Origin: Nitrososphaerota archaeon
Lineage (GTDB): Archaea; Thermoproteota; Nitrososphaeria; Conexivisphaerales; DTJL01
Assembly: GCA_021324115.1 (NCBI GenBank)
Contig: JAJPJS010000025.1
Location: forward strand, 83,661-147,660
Reading direction: 5' to 3'
DNA length: 64,000 nt
In this document: positions 10,405 through 20,209 of the stretch, piece by piece
Position numbering within the stretch: position 1 is the stretch's first letter
Layout: the number at the start of each line of letters is the position of its first letter
Notes under the pieces: generated by a model
Seen by the model: the letters and a program-made list of their open reading frames with translations, nothing else
What the model was told of the DNA's origin: nothing
Databases searched by the model: none
Program-made: the position numbers and the translations under genes

Positions 10405-11520
10405 TTGATTTCCAAGAGCGAGACTTTCGTCTCGAAATTCCAGAAGTATGGCATAATAACTTCCATCTTGATTCTTATCCTCATACTCTACCTTATTTTT
10501 CCCGATATTGTCGCTGTGGTCAGGCTGCTATTGTCGAACCCGGTCGCTGTTCTGGGAACCGGCCTGTTCAAGCTCATCATATTTCCAGGACTCATCTACA
10601 TAAGCCTGGTTCCACTCATAGCGGAATGGGTGGAACGCAAGATAGTAGCGAAGATGCAGGTGCGAGTCGGTCCCCTTTACGTCGGCGGTTGGGAAGGATT
10701 TCTTCAGCCGATAGCCGACCTTCTTAAGTTAATATCCAAGGAAATAATAATCCCTAAGAACGCGGATAAACTCATCTTTGTGCTTTCTCCGATTCTGGTA
10801 TTCATCATAGGGGCCCTTCCATCTGTGGTGGTACCCTACAGCCCGAACTACGTAATCTGGAACTACGAGTTTGGGGTACTGCTTTTCTTCGCGGTGCTGG
10901 GTTTTTATCCACTTGCAGTTCTCACAGCCGCTTGGAGCAGCAACAACAAATACTCCTTCATTGGTGGGTTGAGGGCACTCTATCAGCTTGCATCTTATGA
11001 AGTTCCACTCTTTCTTGCCACCCTTCCTTCTGTGATGCTCGCCAATTCCCTTTCATTGTCCGGCATTGCGGCGTCTCAGTCTAGAGTCTGGTTCGTGGCA
11101 TTCGCACCGATATCGGCGGTGGTCTTCTTTGTCGCCATGATGGCAGAGCTGGAACGGATCCCATTCGATACGCCTGAAGCGGACAGCGAGCTTGTCACTG
11201 GCTGGACGACAGAGTATGCAGGCATGGCCTGGGGTCTATTGCAGTTTGCATCATACGTGAAGCTGACTGCGCTATCGGGGGTGTTCGTTGTGCTTTTTCT
11301 GGGCGGATGGCAGGGACCTGCCTTCTTTCCACCAGTCGTGTGGTCGCTGGTCAAGGTTGCTGCCGTCATACTGATACTGCTTCTCGCAAGAGGGTACTAC
11401 CCGAGAATACGCATCGACCAGCTTGTAAGGGCAGGATGGGGTTGGCTTATACCTCTTTGCATCGTCAACATACTTGCGCTTGTGGCATTTCAACCATACC
11501 TTGCGGCTTTTGTGAGATGA
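10405..11520 (+). CDS. nuoH: NADH-quinone oxidoreductase subunit H (ND1)
   Basis: 371 aa. TTG start per ORF track. RVGPLYVGGWEGFLQPIADLLKL signature of subunit H. Confidence 0.9.
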   Translation: MISKSETFVSKFQKYGIITSILILILILYLIFPDIVAVVRLLLSNPVAVLGTGLFKLIIFPGLIYISLVPLIAEWVERKIVAKMQVRVGPLYVGGWEGFLQPIADLLKLISKEIIIPKNADKLIFVLSPILVFIIGALPSVVVPYSPNYVIWNYEFGVLLFFAVLGFYPLAVLTAAWSSNNKYSFIGGLRALYQLASYEVPLFLATLPSVMLANSLSLSGIAASQSRVWFVAFAPISAVVFFVAMMAELERIPFDTPEADSELVTGWTTEYAGMAWGLLQFASYVKLTALSGVFVVLFLGGWQGPAFFPPVVWSLVKVAAVILILLLARGYYPRIRIDQLVRAGWGWLIPLCIVNILALVAFQPYLAAFVR

Positions 11521-11532
11521 GATGAGAAGGAT

Positions 11533-12027
11533 ATGGTGGACATATTCATTCCGATCATCCTCGTGGCTCTTTCTTCAATAGCGGCTCTTTTCTCGCTCGA
11601 ATCGAAGAGCCTTGTCTATGGCGCCATTTCCCTGGCGATGTTCTTCGTCGGACTTTCGCTTTTCTTTTTCTATCTGGGACTTCCTTATCTTGCAATATTC
11701 CAGCTCGCAATCTATGTCGGAGCAATTGCAGTGTTGATAATGTTCACCGTTATGGTAGTTGGGGAGGGGACCTCCCGAGAAGGAAGGCCGAGGCTGATTG
11801 TGCTCGGGCTACTCGGTTTTGTAGTGATAGTCTCAAGCCTATACTTTGCACTTTCGTACTTCGGGTCTGTGTCAACAACTCAAACTCAGCCCGGGTTCAG
11901 CATGCAGCTCCTTACAGCAGCCCTCATTGACCACTATGGACTTCTCATACTCGTGCTGGGCCTTCTCCTGACCGCCGCAGCATTTGGTGCTGTCGCCCTT
12001 GCGAGACGGGAGGTCGAGGAATCATGA
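11533..12027 (+). CDS. nuoJ: NADH-quinone oxidoreductase subunit J (ND6)
   Basis: 164 aa. Starts 13 nt after nuoH with no nuoI between. Typical ND6 TM pattern. Confidence 0.8.
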   Translation: MVDIFIPIILVALSSIAALFSLESKSLVYGAISLAMFFVGLSLFFFYLGLPYLAIFQLAIYVGAIAVLIMFTVMVVGEGTSREGRPRLIVLGLLGFVVIVSSLYFALSYFGSVSTTQTQPGFSMQLLTAALIDHYGLLILVLGLLLTAAAFGAVALARREVEES

Positions 12028-12332
12028 ACGACCTGGTAATCTATGTTGTTGGTTCCACTCTCTTCTTTGCTATAGGAATCTATGGCCTTCTTTCCAAAAG
12101 AAGCGCCATAAGAATGCTCTTTGCGATTGAAATAATCATAAACGCGGCAAACCTGAACATAGCTGCATTCGCAAGGTATGCACCGTACGACCTTGGCGGA
12201 GCCCAGGCGATTGCCATGTTCGTCATATCTATTGCGGCTGCCGAGGCTGCGGTCGGGCTCGCGATAATAATCGAGGCGTTCAGACTAAGGGGAAAGGTGA
12301 ACGTGGACGAGATGAACGAAATGAAGGGATGA
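12024..12332 (+). CDS. nuoK: NADH-quinone oxidoreductase subunit K (ND4L)
   Basis: 102 aa, 3 TM. 4-nt overlap with nuoJ. ND4L-like with conserved Glu residues (IEIIINAAN, AAEAAVGLAII). Confidence 0.85.
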   Translation: MNDLVIYVVGSTLFFAIGIYGLLSKRSAIRMLFAIEIIINAANLNIAAFARYAPYDLGGAQAIAMFVISIAAAEAAVGLAIIIEAFRLRGKVNVDEMNEMKG

Positions 12333-12338
12333 CCGAAA

Positions 12339-13862
12339 TTGAGCTACATTCTGCTCGGGGCCACTTTTTTGCTGCTTCTGGGTGCGATAGCGGAACTGTT
12401 CATCAAGTCGGAGCGACTTTCCAGGTATGTCTCTGCCTGTTTCTTATCCATTTCAGGTGCGCTCCTGATTCTGGCCTCTTATTATTCAGGTGTTCTGACC
12501 AACGGAGCTGTAACATATACCGAGCTGTATTCCTGGCAACCACTCGGCCTCGCAGGCTTCAGGCTGGACGGCCTCAGTCTGACATTCGCACTGGTGATCG
12601 TCTTTCTCTCCCTTGTCACATCAATTTACTCTGGACCCTACATGAAGGATATGTTCCAGAAGGCTGGAAAGCAAAGATGGTCAGAATACTACTTCCTGTA
12701 CCTGACGTTTATATTCGGTATGCTGGGGGCCGTACTTGCGACCAACCTCATCGAGTTCTACGTCTTCTTCGAACTGATGCTCGTCCCATCCTATTTCCTG
12801 ATAGCAGAGTTCGGACATTCTGGCAGGGATAAGGCATCCATTGCATACTTTCTCTGGACACATGTTGGAGCCCTCATAATGCTTGCGGGACTGATAGTCA
12901 TGGGATACTCCTTCAATACGCTTGACATGGCCACGATAACTTCTGAAACCCACAGTGCGGCAGCGGGTTTGCCCTCCATTCAGTTGATGACCATAATCGG
13001 CGTTGCGATTGTGATAGGACTCATGGTAAAGATGGGCGGATTTGGCTTGCACGTATGGCTGCCGGGGGCATACCGTGAAGCTCCAGCCCCCGTATCCGCC
13101 CTTCTATCAGGTGCGATGTCGGGTATTGCGGGGTATGCTATTATCCGTCTAGTGGTGCTCGCGCTCCCAGCCGCCTTCTCTGCAATAGCTCCGTGGCTGC
13201 TGGCTTGGGGGATCATCTCTTTGGCTTACGGTGCAGCCGTTGCGCTGGCACAGAAGGATATCCGGCTTCTTCTATCCTATTCGAGCATAAGTCAGATGGG
13301 GTACATGGCAATTGGGATCGGCTCGTTTACCACATTTGGTCTTGCGGGTAGCGTATCCCTGTATGCGGCGAACGCCTTCGCGAAGGGTTCACTGTTCATG
13401 ATGGCTGGAACCCTTCCCATTGCCGCGGGCTCGGACTCCATGGATGATCTGGGCGGACTGGCCGGAAGGCTTCCGGGTCTGGCCACCTTCTCAATCATCG
13501 GATTCATCACGATGATGGGTGTCCCTCCTACCGTCGGCTTCATAGCCGAATTCTTCCTCTTTCAGGGGGCGTTCGCCTACTCCGCATCAACAGGTCTGAC
13601 GATCATTATACCACTGGTGGCGATCATTGCGAGCGTTCTTACAAGTGGCTACTCCCTGCAGGCGATACGCAGGATATTCTACGGTACACAGAAGCCTGAT
13701 TCCTCAATGGTGCATGATGTACTACCCGGAATGCTCTACCCCATCATTGTTCTCTGCGTAGCCTCGGTCATTCTCGGCCTGGTCCCTGTCCTCTTTTCAA
13801 ATTCTCTTTCCTTCTTCAATTCGTCTCTGGCACCGTTTCTGACAAGTGGAGGTGTCGCATGA
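12339..13862 (+). CDS. Additional Mrp/complex-I antiporter-like subunit (NuoM/N/MnhD family), fourth antiporter-type subunit of the cluster
   Basis: 507 aa, about 14 TM. Has the conserved broken-helix region typical of ND2/4/5-type subunits (LVPSYFLIAEFGHSG...; HVWLPGAYREAPAPVSALLSGAM). Confidence 0.75.
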   Translation: MSYILLGATFLLLLGAIAELFIKSERLSRYVSACFLSISGALLILASYYSGVLTNGAVTYTELYSWQPLGLAGFRLDGLSLTFALVIVFLSLVTSIYSGPYMKDMFQKAGKQRWSEYYFLYLTFIFGMLGAVLATNLIEFYVFFELMLVPSYFLIAEFGHSGRDKASIAYFLWTHVGALIMLAGLIVMGYSFNTLDMATITSETHSAAAGLPSIQLMTIIGVAIVIGLMVKMGGFGLHVWLPGAYREAPAPVSALLSGAMSGIAGYAIIRLVVLALPAAFSAIAPWLLAWGIISLAYGAAVALAQKDIRLLLSYSSISQMGYMAIGIGSFTTFGLAGSVSLYAANAFAKGSLFMMAGTLPIAAGSDSMDDLGGLAGRLPGLATFSIIGFITMMGVPPTVGFIAEFFLFQGAFAYSASTGLTIIIPLVAIIASVLTSGYSLQAIRRIFYGTQKPDSSMVHDVLPGMLYPIIVLCVASVILGLVPVLFSNSLSFFNSSLAPFLTSGGVA

Positions 13863-13865
13863 CCC

Positions 13866-15932
13866 ATGCAGTCCTTCATTATATCGGCGTGGCTCGCTTG
13901 GATTGTACCCCTGGTGGGATCGCTACTCGTCCCTGTTGCGGGTAAGCTCGGACCGAAGGCAAGGGACTACTTCGCTATCGTGCCCCCACTACTGGCTGCA
14001 CTGCTGGCCACTTCACTCCTTCCCCAGCTCCTGAGCGGAGCCAGCGTCGACTCACAGGTTCCATGGTTTTCAAACATAACGGCCGGAGTCCTGGTGGACC
14101 CGCTCAGCATCATAATCAGCATCGCAGTATCCTGGGTCAGTTTTCTGATCATGGTTTACAGTCTGGACTACATGAAAGGAGAGGAGGGTCTGACCAGATA
14201 CTGGTTCTTCATGAATTTCTTCATAGGCAGCATGCTTCTGATCGTGCTTTCAGACAACCTGCTTCAGCTTTTCTTCGGCTGGGAAGGTGTGGGGCTGTGC
14301 AGTTATGCGCTGATCGGGTTCTACTACAGAGATGAGAAGGACAAATGGGTGGGAAGGGAGGGCGATGTTGTCGCAGGGGTTCCGCATGCCTACAGCCCAA
14401 CCCATGCCGGACTGAAGGCATTCATAACGACCCGGACGGGGGATGTGTTTACTCTTTCGTCTATCTTTATAATATTCTATGCATCCGGAACCTTCAACTT
14501 TCATGCCCTTGCTGCAAACACGTCGTGGGCGACTCTCCTCCATGACAAAGGACTGTTGCTTCCAACAATGCTTCTGATTCTTGGTGGGGCTTTCGGCAAG
14601 TCCGCACAGTTCCCGTTTCAGGAGTGGCTGCCGGATGCCATGGCCGGGCCCACACCTGTTTCAGCCCTTATCCATGCGGCGACGATGGTCAAGGCTGGGG
14701 TCTTTCTTGTGGCAAGAATAGCGCCAATATTCTTTCTCCTTGGTTTTCCGGAAGTGAAGGTGTTCTTCATCTTTCTCGCTATGATAGGTGGAATTACCGC
14801 CTTCCTGGCTGCGGCACAAGGAATGGTAAACAAGGAGATCAAGAAAGTTCTGGCATACAGCACCGTGTCGCAGATAGGTTACATGATGCTCGCCCTTGGC
14901 GTCGCAGGACTCACTCCATCGTTCGTAGCAGCCTACTCGGCCGGAATCTTCCAGCTCTTGGCCCATATGATGTTCAAGGCAGGTCTCTTCATGGGAGCTG
15001 GTGTCGTGATTCACATGACGGGTTCATTCAGCATGGATGGGATGGGTGGGCTGAGAAAAATTGCGGGTAAGACATTCACTGTATTTCTTATTCTTGCTTT
15101 AGCCCTTGCAGGTTTCCCCCCACTAAGCGGCTTCTTCAGCAAAGATGCGATATTTGCATCCATGTTGGCAGCTCCGTCATCTTCTGCGGTCTACATTGTA
15201 TATATTCTCGCATCGGTCACAGCCGTGCTGACTGCGTTCTACAGCATGAGAATGGTGGGTCTGACATTCTTCGGCGAGGAGCACAATGTTGAGCATAAGG
15301 ATGCCGGGTTCAGGCAGTTTCTAACCTACGCCCTTCTTGCGGCAGGAACCGTTCTTGTCGGACTCCTTGCCCCCCTGTTTGAGGACTTTCTGAACGGCTC
15401 CCTATCGTTTTCTCTGATTTCGTTCGGACTGAGCGTGAAGGCGGAACTGTTCGAGATTTCCCCCTTCGCAATAACAACCTCGCTTACAGTGATGGCGCTT
15501 GGCATTCTCGTGGCTTACCCCTTCTATATTTCTCGCAGCAGAAATGTCGTGAATGCCGTGGGCTCAGGATGGCTGAGGTCGGTTCACACATTTCTCTGGG
15601 ATAGAATTTACCTTAACGCAATAATGTACCGCATATTCGTGTATCCCGTACTGAGCGGGGCTGAGGCTCTCAACAGATTCGTTGAGCTATCATTCTTCCA
15701 GAATACCAACAGGAGTTTCTTTGGTGGCTCGGTCGCAGTCGCAACCGTAGGAGACTGGCTTGACAGAAATGTGGTGGACGGATTCATGATAGGCACGGGA
15801 AAGTTGTTCGCCTATTTTTCCAGGTTGCTGAGAAAGCTTCAGTCCGGTAACGCGGAATCGTACCTCTTCGGCATAGTCATCGGGCTGCTGATCATACTGC
15901 TTCTGCTGTATCACTTCGTGGGGGTGCTCTGA
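13866..15932 (+). CDS. nuoL: NADH-quinone oxidoreductase subunit L (ND5), long form
   Basis: 688 aa. LFFGWEGVGLCSYALIGFYY motif. The C-terminal extension is consistent with the lateral helix HL. Confidence 0.85.
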   Translation: MQSFIISAWLAWIVPLVGSLLVPVAGKLGPKARDYFAIVPPLLAALLATSLLPQLLSGASVDSQVPWFSNITAGVLVDPLSIIISIAVSWVSFLIMVYSLDYMKGEEGLTRYWFFMNFFIGSMLLIVLSDNLLQLFFGWEGVGLCSYALIGFYYRDEKDKWVGREGDVVAGVPHAYSPTHAGLKAFITTRTGDVFTLSSIFIIFYASGTFNFHALAANTSWATLLHDKGLLLPTMLLILGGAFGKSAQFPFQEWLPDAMAGPTPVSALIHAATMVKAGVFLVARIAPIFFLLGFPEVKVFFIFLAMIGGITAFLAAAQGMVNKEIKKVLAYSTVSQIGYMMLALGVAGLTPSFVAAYSAGIFQLLAHMMFKAGLFMGAGVVIHMTGSFSMDGMGGLRKIAGKTFTVFLILALALAGFPPLSGFFSKDAIFASMLAAPSSSAVYIVYILASVTAVLTAFYSMRMVGLTFFGEEHNVEHKDAGFRQFLTYALLAAGTVLVGLLAPLFEDFLNGSLSFSLISFGLSVKAELFEISPFAITTSLTVMALGILVAYPFYISRSRNVVNAVGSGWLRSVHTFLWDRIYLNAIMYRIFVYPVLSGAEALNRFVELSFFQNTNRSFFGGSVAVATVGDWLDRNVVDGFMIGTGKLFAYFSRLLRKLQSGNAESYLFGIVIGLLIILLLLYHFVGVL

Positions 15933-15934
15933 GC

Positions 15935-17416
15935 ATGTCTTACATCCTTTCGCTCATGCTGTTCCTTCCTGCCATAGGCGCCGCGATCACTTATTTCGTG
16001 GGTTCATTAAGGGCGAACTATTCTAGGTATTCTGCGGTTGCGTTTTCGGTAGCCGAACTGCTGCTATCTCTCTACGTCTTCGCATCAGTTTATCTCTCCC
16101 ACGTCTCAGGGTTCATATTTCAGGAGCAACTTTCGTGGATACCGGGTCTTGTTACATATCATGTAGGAGTTGACGGCCTTGGAGCACCCATGCTGATAAT
16201 CGCAGCCGCCCTGACTCTGTTTGCGATGCTGGGGTCTTTCGCCGAGATACAAAAAATGCAGCGTCCATATTATTCCCTTCTGCTCCTCTTTCTTGCTGCC
16301 ACGGTCGGCGTGTTCATTTCGCTCAATCTGATACTGTTTTACTTCTTCTGGGACGCTTCCCTCCTTCCAATGTTCTTCTTCATCGGAATCTGGGGAGGAC
16401 CCAACAGGAAGTATGCGGCGTCGAAGTTCCTTCTTTTCACCTACGGTGGCAGCGTAGCAATGCTCCTGGGATTCCTGATCTATTACTTCTCGGTACCCTC
16501 TCCGACATTCGACTTTTTGCAGCTTCTGGGACAGCCAGTTCCGTTCTGGATCGCAACACTGAGCTCCGCGCTTACATTCATTGGGTTCGGCGTCAAACTT
16601 CCGATGGTACCCATTCACAGCTGGCTTCCAGATGCCCATGTCGAAGCGCCAACCCCGATAAGCGTCCTTCTTGCCGGCCTTTTGCTGAAGCTTGGTGGTT
16701 ACGGAATACTCCGGTTCAACATTGAGCTTTTCACTTCTGTAGCCGTGAAGTACGCATGGGTATTCATAGCGTTTGGCGTCCTTACGATGTTCTACGGCGC
16801 AATCGTGGCTCTGAGACAGACGGATATGAAACGTATGGTGGCTTTCACGAGCATCAACCATATGGGGTTCGTGATACTGGGTGCCTTCGCGGGTCTGGCT
16901 GCTACTGCCGGTTCTTCAATAGTATATGGCGTCGAGGGGGCCGTATTTCAGATGTTCAATCATGCCTTTGCAATCGGCCTCATGTTCACCCTCACGGGCG
17001 TCGTAAAACATACCTTCGAAACAAGAGACATGAGGGTAATTAAGGGGATGAGGTACATGATGCCACTCACTTCGATAGCGATGGGGCTAGGCGCGCTGGC
17101 TGCCATGGGTGCGCCGGTCTTCAGCAGCTTTCTGAGTGAATTCATGGTGATCTACGGCGGTATTCACTTCAACTCGTGGCTGTGGCTGGTGGTGCTTGTG
17201 CCTGGAATCACAGCCGCATACATGCTCTGGATGCTGAAGAGAATGGTGTTCAGCGAAAAGATATCAGATCTTCATTATGCCGATGTGCCTCCGCGATTCT
17301 TTCTTTACATGATACTCTACCTTGTTCCGCTGGTCGTGCTCATTGTGGCGCCGGGACTTCTACTTGGACCAGTTTCGGGATTTGTTTCTGAGATAACAAG
17401 GGGGCTGCAGGGATGA
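15935..17416 (+). CDS. nuoM: NADH-quinone oxidoreductase subunit M (ND4)
   Basis: 493 aa. FFWDASLLPMFFFIGIWGG...KFLLFTYGGSVAML and HSWLPDAHVEAPTPISVLLAG motifs. Confidence 0.85.
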   Translation: MSYILSLMLFLPAIGAAITYFVGSLRANYSRYSAVAFSVAELLLSLYVFASVYLSHVSGFIFQEQLSWIPGLVTYHVGVDGLGAPMLIIAAALTLFAMLGSFAEIQKMQRPYYSLLLLFLAATVGVFISLNLILFYFFWDASLLPMFFFIGIWGGPNRKYAASKFLLFTYGGSVAMLLGFLIYYFSVPSPTFDFLQLLGQPVPFWIATLSSALTFIGFGVKLPMVPIHSWLPDAHVEAPTPISVLLAGLLLKLGGYGILRFNIELFTSVAVKYAWVFIAFGVLTMFYGAIVALRQTDMKRMVAFTSINHMGFVILGAFAGLAATAGSSIVYGVEGAVFQMFNHAFAIGLMFTLTGVVKHTFETRDMRVIKGMRYMMPLTSIAMGLGALAAMGAPVFSSFLSEFMVIYGGIHFNSWLWLVVLVPGITAAYMLWMLKRMVFSEKISDLHYADVPPRFFLYMILYLVPLVVLIVAPGLLLGPVSGFVSEITRGLQG

Positions 17417-18840
17417 TCATCCTCATAGCAACGCTGGCGGTCCCAGCAATACTCCTGCCGGTTCTGGCTTCCTTTGACTGGTTTCCCAGACGGCTCTCAT
17501 CCATAGTATCCATTGTGGCGCTTCTCATAAGCCTGGTCGAACTACCCTTCATTCTGCTGAACGGCCCTCATGGAATCTGGTACTACCCGACCAATCTGGT
17601 CTCATTCGACGGGATCGCCTTCGCATTCAGTGTTACCGTGATCACCGTGTCCACCATGGCTGCTGTGGGTTCACTCGGCATCATGAAGGATGAGACAAAT
17701 TCAGCCATATACTTCTCTCTGATACTTCTCACCACGCTGGGTATGATACTTGTTTCCTCATCCACCGACCTCATCTTTCTGCTCGTCTCTTGGGAACTGA
17801 TGACAGTTCCTACCTTTGTGCTTGTCGCAATGAAAAGGAAGGATAAAAGGTCAAGCGAAGCCGCAATGAAGTACTTCCTTGCAGCCGCCCTTTCCGCCGC
17901 GCTGATCCTGTTCGGACTTTCATTTGCGTATGGTCTGACAGGTTCCACTTCCTTTTCGGCTATCGCTTCTTCCTTTGCCAGCAATGCGCACTCCAACCCC
18001 CTGGTCTATCTCCTGACCGCCGCGCTTCTGTTCTCGGGTTTTGCGGTGAAAATGGCCATCGTTCCATTCCACTTCTGGCTTCCGGATACCCTTGAAGGCG
18101 CATTTCCACAGGTCTCCGCAATTCTCGCAGCAGGTTCAAAAAAGGCTGGGTTCGCCGCCGCAATACGTATAACACTGGCGCTGCTGCTGGTAAGTCGATT
18201 CACTTCGTATTCACTGTCATGGCAGGTCGCGCTTGCAGTTGCCGCGGCTGTCACGATAACCTGGGGGAACATTGCCGCCCTCACCCAAAAAAGTATTTCG
18301 AGAATGCTGGCTTACTCGAGCATAGCCCAAGCCGGTTATATAATGATAGGATTGGCTGTTCAGGGGACTGAGGGAGCCGCGCTGGGCCTGATCGGCATCT
18401 TTTTGCAGGTGTTATTCCACGGGGTCATGAAAGGCTCCGCCTTCATCTCACTCACGAACATAGGAGACAGCATGGAAGACCTTTCTGGACTTTACAGGAA
18501 GGCACCCTTCACTGCTGTGGGTCTTGCGGTTTCTCTCTTCTCACTCGCAGGGCTTCCCCCGCTCAACGGCTTCTGGGGCAAGCTGTATCTTTTCCTCGGA
18601 GCGGTTCAGGGCTCATTCTGGTGGCTGGCTGCGGTAGCACTTGCAAATAGTGCGATCGCACTGGCTTACTATTCATACCTCGCAAAGAAGATGTTCTTCG
18701 ATGAACCCTCGACTGAATCAAGAAAGGAAAGAATCGAGGTGATTGCGGTGCTTGCATTCTCAACTGCATTTATCGTGATAACTGGCTTCTATCCAGGACC
18801 CATAATTTCAACATTTGCGCACCTCGGTGGCCTACCATAG
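17413..18840 (+). CDS. nuoN: NADH-quinone oxidoreductase subunit N (ND2)
   Basis: 475 aa. 4-nt overlap with nuoM. LVSWELMTVPTFVLVAM...KYFLAAALSAALILFG signature. Confidence 0.85.
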   Translation: MIILIATLAVPAILLPVLASFDWFPRRLSSIVSIVALLISLVELPFILLNGPHGIWYYPTNLVSFDGIAFAFSVTVITVSTMAAVGSLGIMKDETNSAIYFSLILLTTLGMILVSSSTDLIFLLVSWELMTVPTFVLVAMKRKDKRSSEAAMKYFLAAALSAALILFGLSFAYGLTGSTSFSAIASSFASNAHSNPLVYLLTAALLFSGFAVKMAIVPFHFWLPDTLEGAFPQVSAILAAGSKKAGFAAAIRITLALLLVSRFTSYSLSWQVALAVAAAVTITWGNIAALTQKSISRMLAYSSIAQAGYIMIGLAVQGTEGAALGLIGIFLQVLFHGVMKGSAFISLTNIGDSMEDLSGLYRKAPFTAVGLAVSLFSLAGLPPLNGFWGKLYLFLGAVQGSFWWLAAVALANSAIALAYYSYLAKKMFFDEPSTESRKERIEVIAVLAFSTAFIVITGFYPGPIISTFAHLGGLP

Positions 18841-18892
18841 ATCAACACGCTGCTTCTACCTGGAGGGACCCGTTGCGATATGCCTCTACAGA

Positions 18893-19768
18893 TCAGAAGT
18901 AATCTGTGAGAAGTCTTCTTAACTTTCCGCCTGACTCGGAGTTTCCGATCTCCTCGATTTCCTTAAGCGCCAAGTCGACATTATTCTTGGCTTCGGTTTC
19001 AAAGAACTCCTTTTTCTGAAGGCCACCATCCAGTTGAAGCAGAGAGCTCAGCTCCCCTGGATGCTCTATGTCGGCAAGGTCATCTTTGAGCTGATATGCA
19101 AGCCCCACCTTCATTCCGAATCTCGACAGGGAGTCGGCCGTTTCAGGACGCGAGGAAAGTATAGAACCGATATAGGATGAAGCCCTGAAAAGCGATGCAG
19201 TCTTGAGCTTAATGACTTCTATGTATTCATCCCAGCTTATGGGTTTGCCCTCGGCTTGCAGTCTTCTTTCTTTTTCCTCCCCGTATGACATTTCTACGGC
19301 CGTTCTCGCAAGTTCTTCACCCACATTTCTGTTGCCGTAAGAAGAAGATATCGAGAGTGTAAGGCCGAGCACAAAGTCGGCGACAAGAAAAGCGGATTCC
19401 ACACCATACTCCTTGTAGTAGGGCGGCACACCGCGTCTTAGCTCGGGCTTGTCAATGAAATCATCATGAATGAGTGAGACAGTGTGCAGAAGCTCTAGAG
19501 CCACAGCCGCCCTGAAAGGGTCCTCCTCCCCGGTACCCAGGGACTCGTTCACAAGCAAACATACAAGTGGTCTGAGCCGCTTTCCTCCTCTGAGGGAGTA
19601 GTTAAGAGGGTTGTAGAGAGGATGTGTCTCGTATGGCTTGAGTACTCTCGTTATCGCTTCATCGATTCTCTCAAGGTACTGATTATGGGTACGTACAAAT
19701 TTGACCCCGAGTTCCACACGGTCGCTTTCAGCGCTCAAGCCAAGCCTCTCCTGCTGTTTCAGCGCCAA
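18893..19768 (-). CDS. idsA: Polyprenyl (geranylgeranyl) diphosphate synthase
   Basis: 291 aa. First and second Asp-rich motifs (LIHDDFIDK and KDDLADI) of trans-isoprenyl diphosphate synthases. Confidence 0.85.
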   Translation of the reverse strand: MALKQQERLGLSAESDRVELGVKFVRTHNQYLERIDEAITRVLKPYETHPLYNPLNYSLRGGKRLRPLVCLLVNESLGTGEEDPFRAAVALELLHTVSLIHDDFIDKPELRRGVPPYYKEYGVESAFLVADFVLGLTLSISSSYGNRNVGEELARTAVEMSYGEEKERRLQAEGKPISWDEYIEVIKLKTASLFRASSYIGSILSSRPETADSLSRFGMKVGLAYQLKDDLADIEHPGELSSLLQLDGGLQKKEFFETEAKNNVDLALKEIEEIGNSESGGKLRRLLTDYF

Positions 19769-20209
19769 ACACTCTGAAGGGTATCATTTAAGACTCTTGC
19801 TAGCATTATGCCCTTGGTCTCGAAGCTTTTAAAATATTCACAGCACTTTGATTTGAATGGATAGATTTCCTGAAACTAGAATTATTTCTTGCCTTTGAAT
19901 TTAACCAGGTTTAGAAGATTCCCTTGCCTCATGGTAAGTAGGGTCTTTTGTTCAACAAACCTTACCCTTTGCATCTTCGGTAGGGCTGAACGTCGGCAGC
20001 CGTTCGAAATGTAGTTCGATTCATCTGATACTTCTGCTGGTCTCATCGAACAAGTTGCCCATAGCACCTTGAAATGCCTCGAGTCAGTATCATACGCGAT
20101 TTCTGAGTGACAAATGGCTTGTCTACCAGCCGTCTGTCAATTAATCCATGGACCGCGTACTGGCAAGTTCTAGTAAGAAGTTAGTGTAGCAGTTCCATAG
20201 AGAGGTAAT

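Noticed and set aside
12329-12832. 167-aa ORF overlapping the start of the antiporter-like gene in another frame
   Set aside because: The alternative frame (12339-13862) carries the conserved ND2/4/5-type motifs. This one is an out-of-frame shadow.
14063-15070. Several 60-150-aa ORFs on both strands inside nuoL (14063-14335, 14221-14421, 14250-14543, 14618-14863, 14624-15070, 14661-15014)
   Set aside because: They lie entirely within the strongly conserved NuoL coding frame. Their compositions are Arg/Cys/His-rich, typical of out-of-frame or antisense translation of GC-balanced coding DNA.
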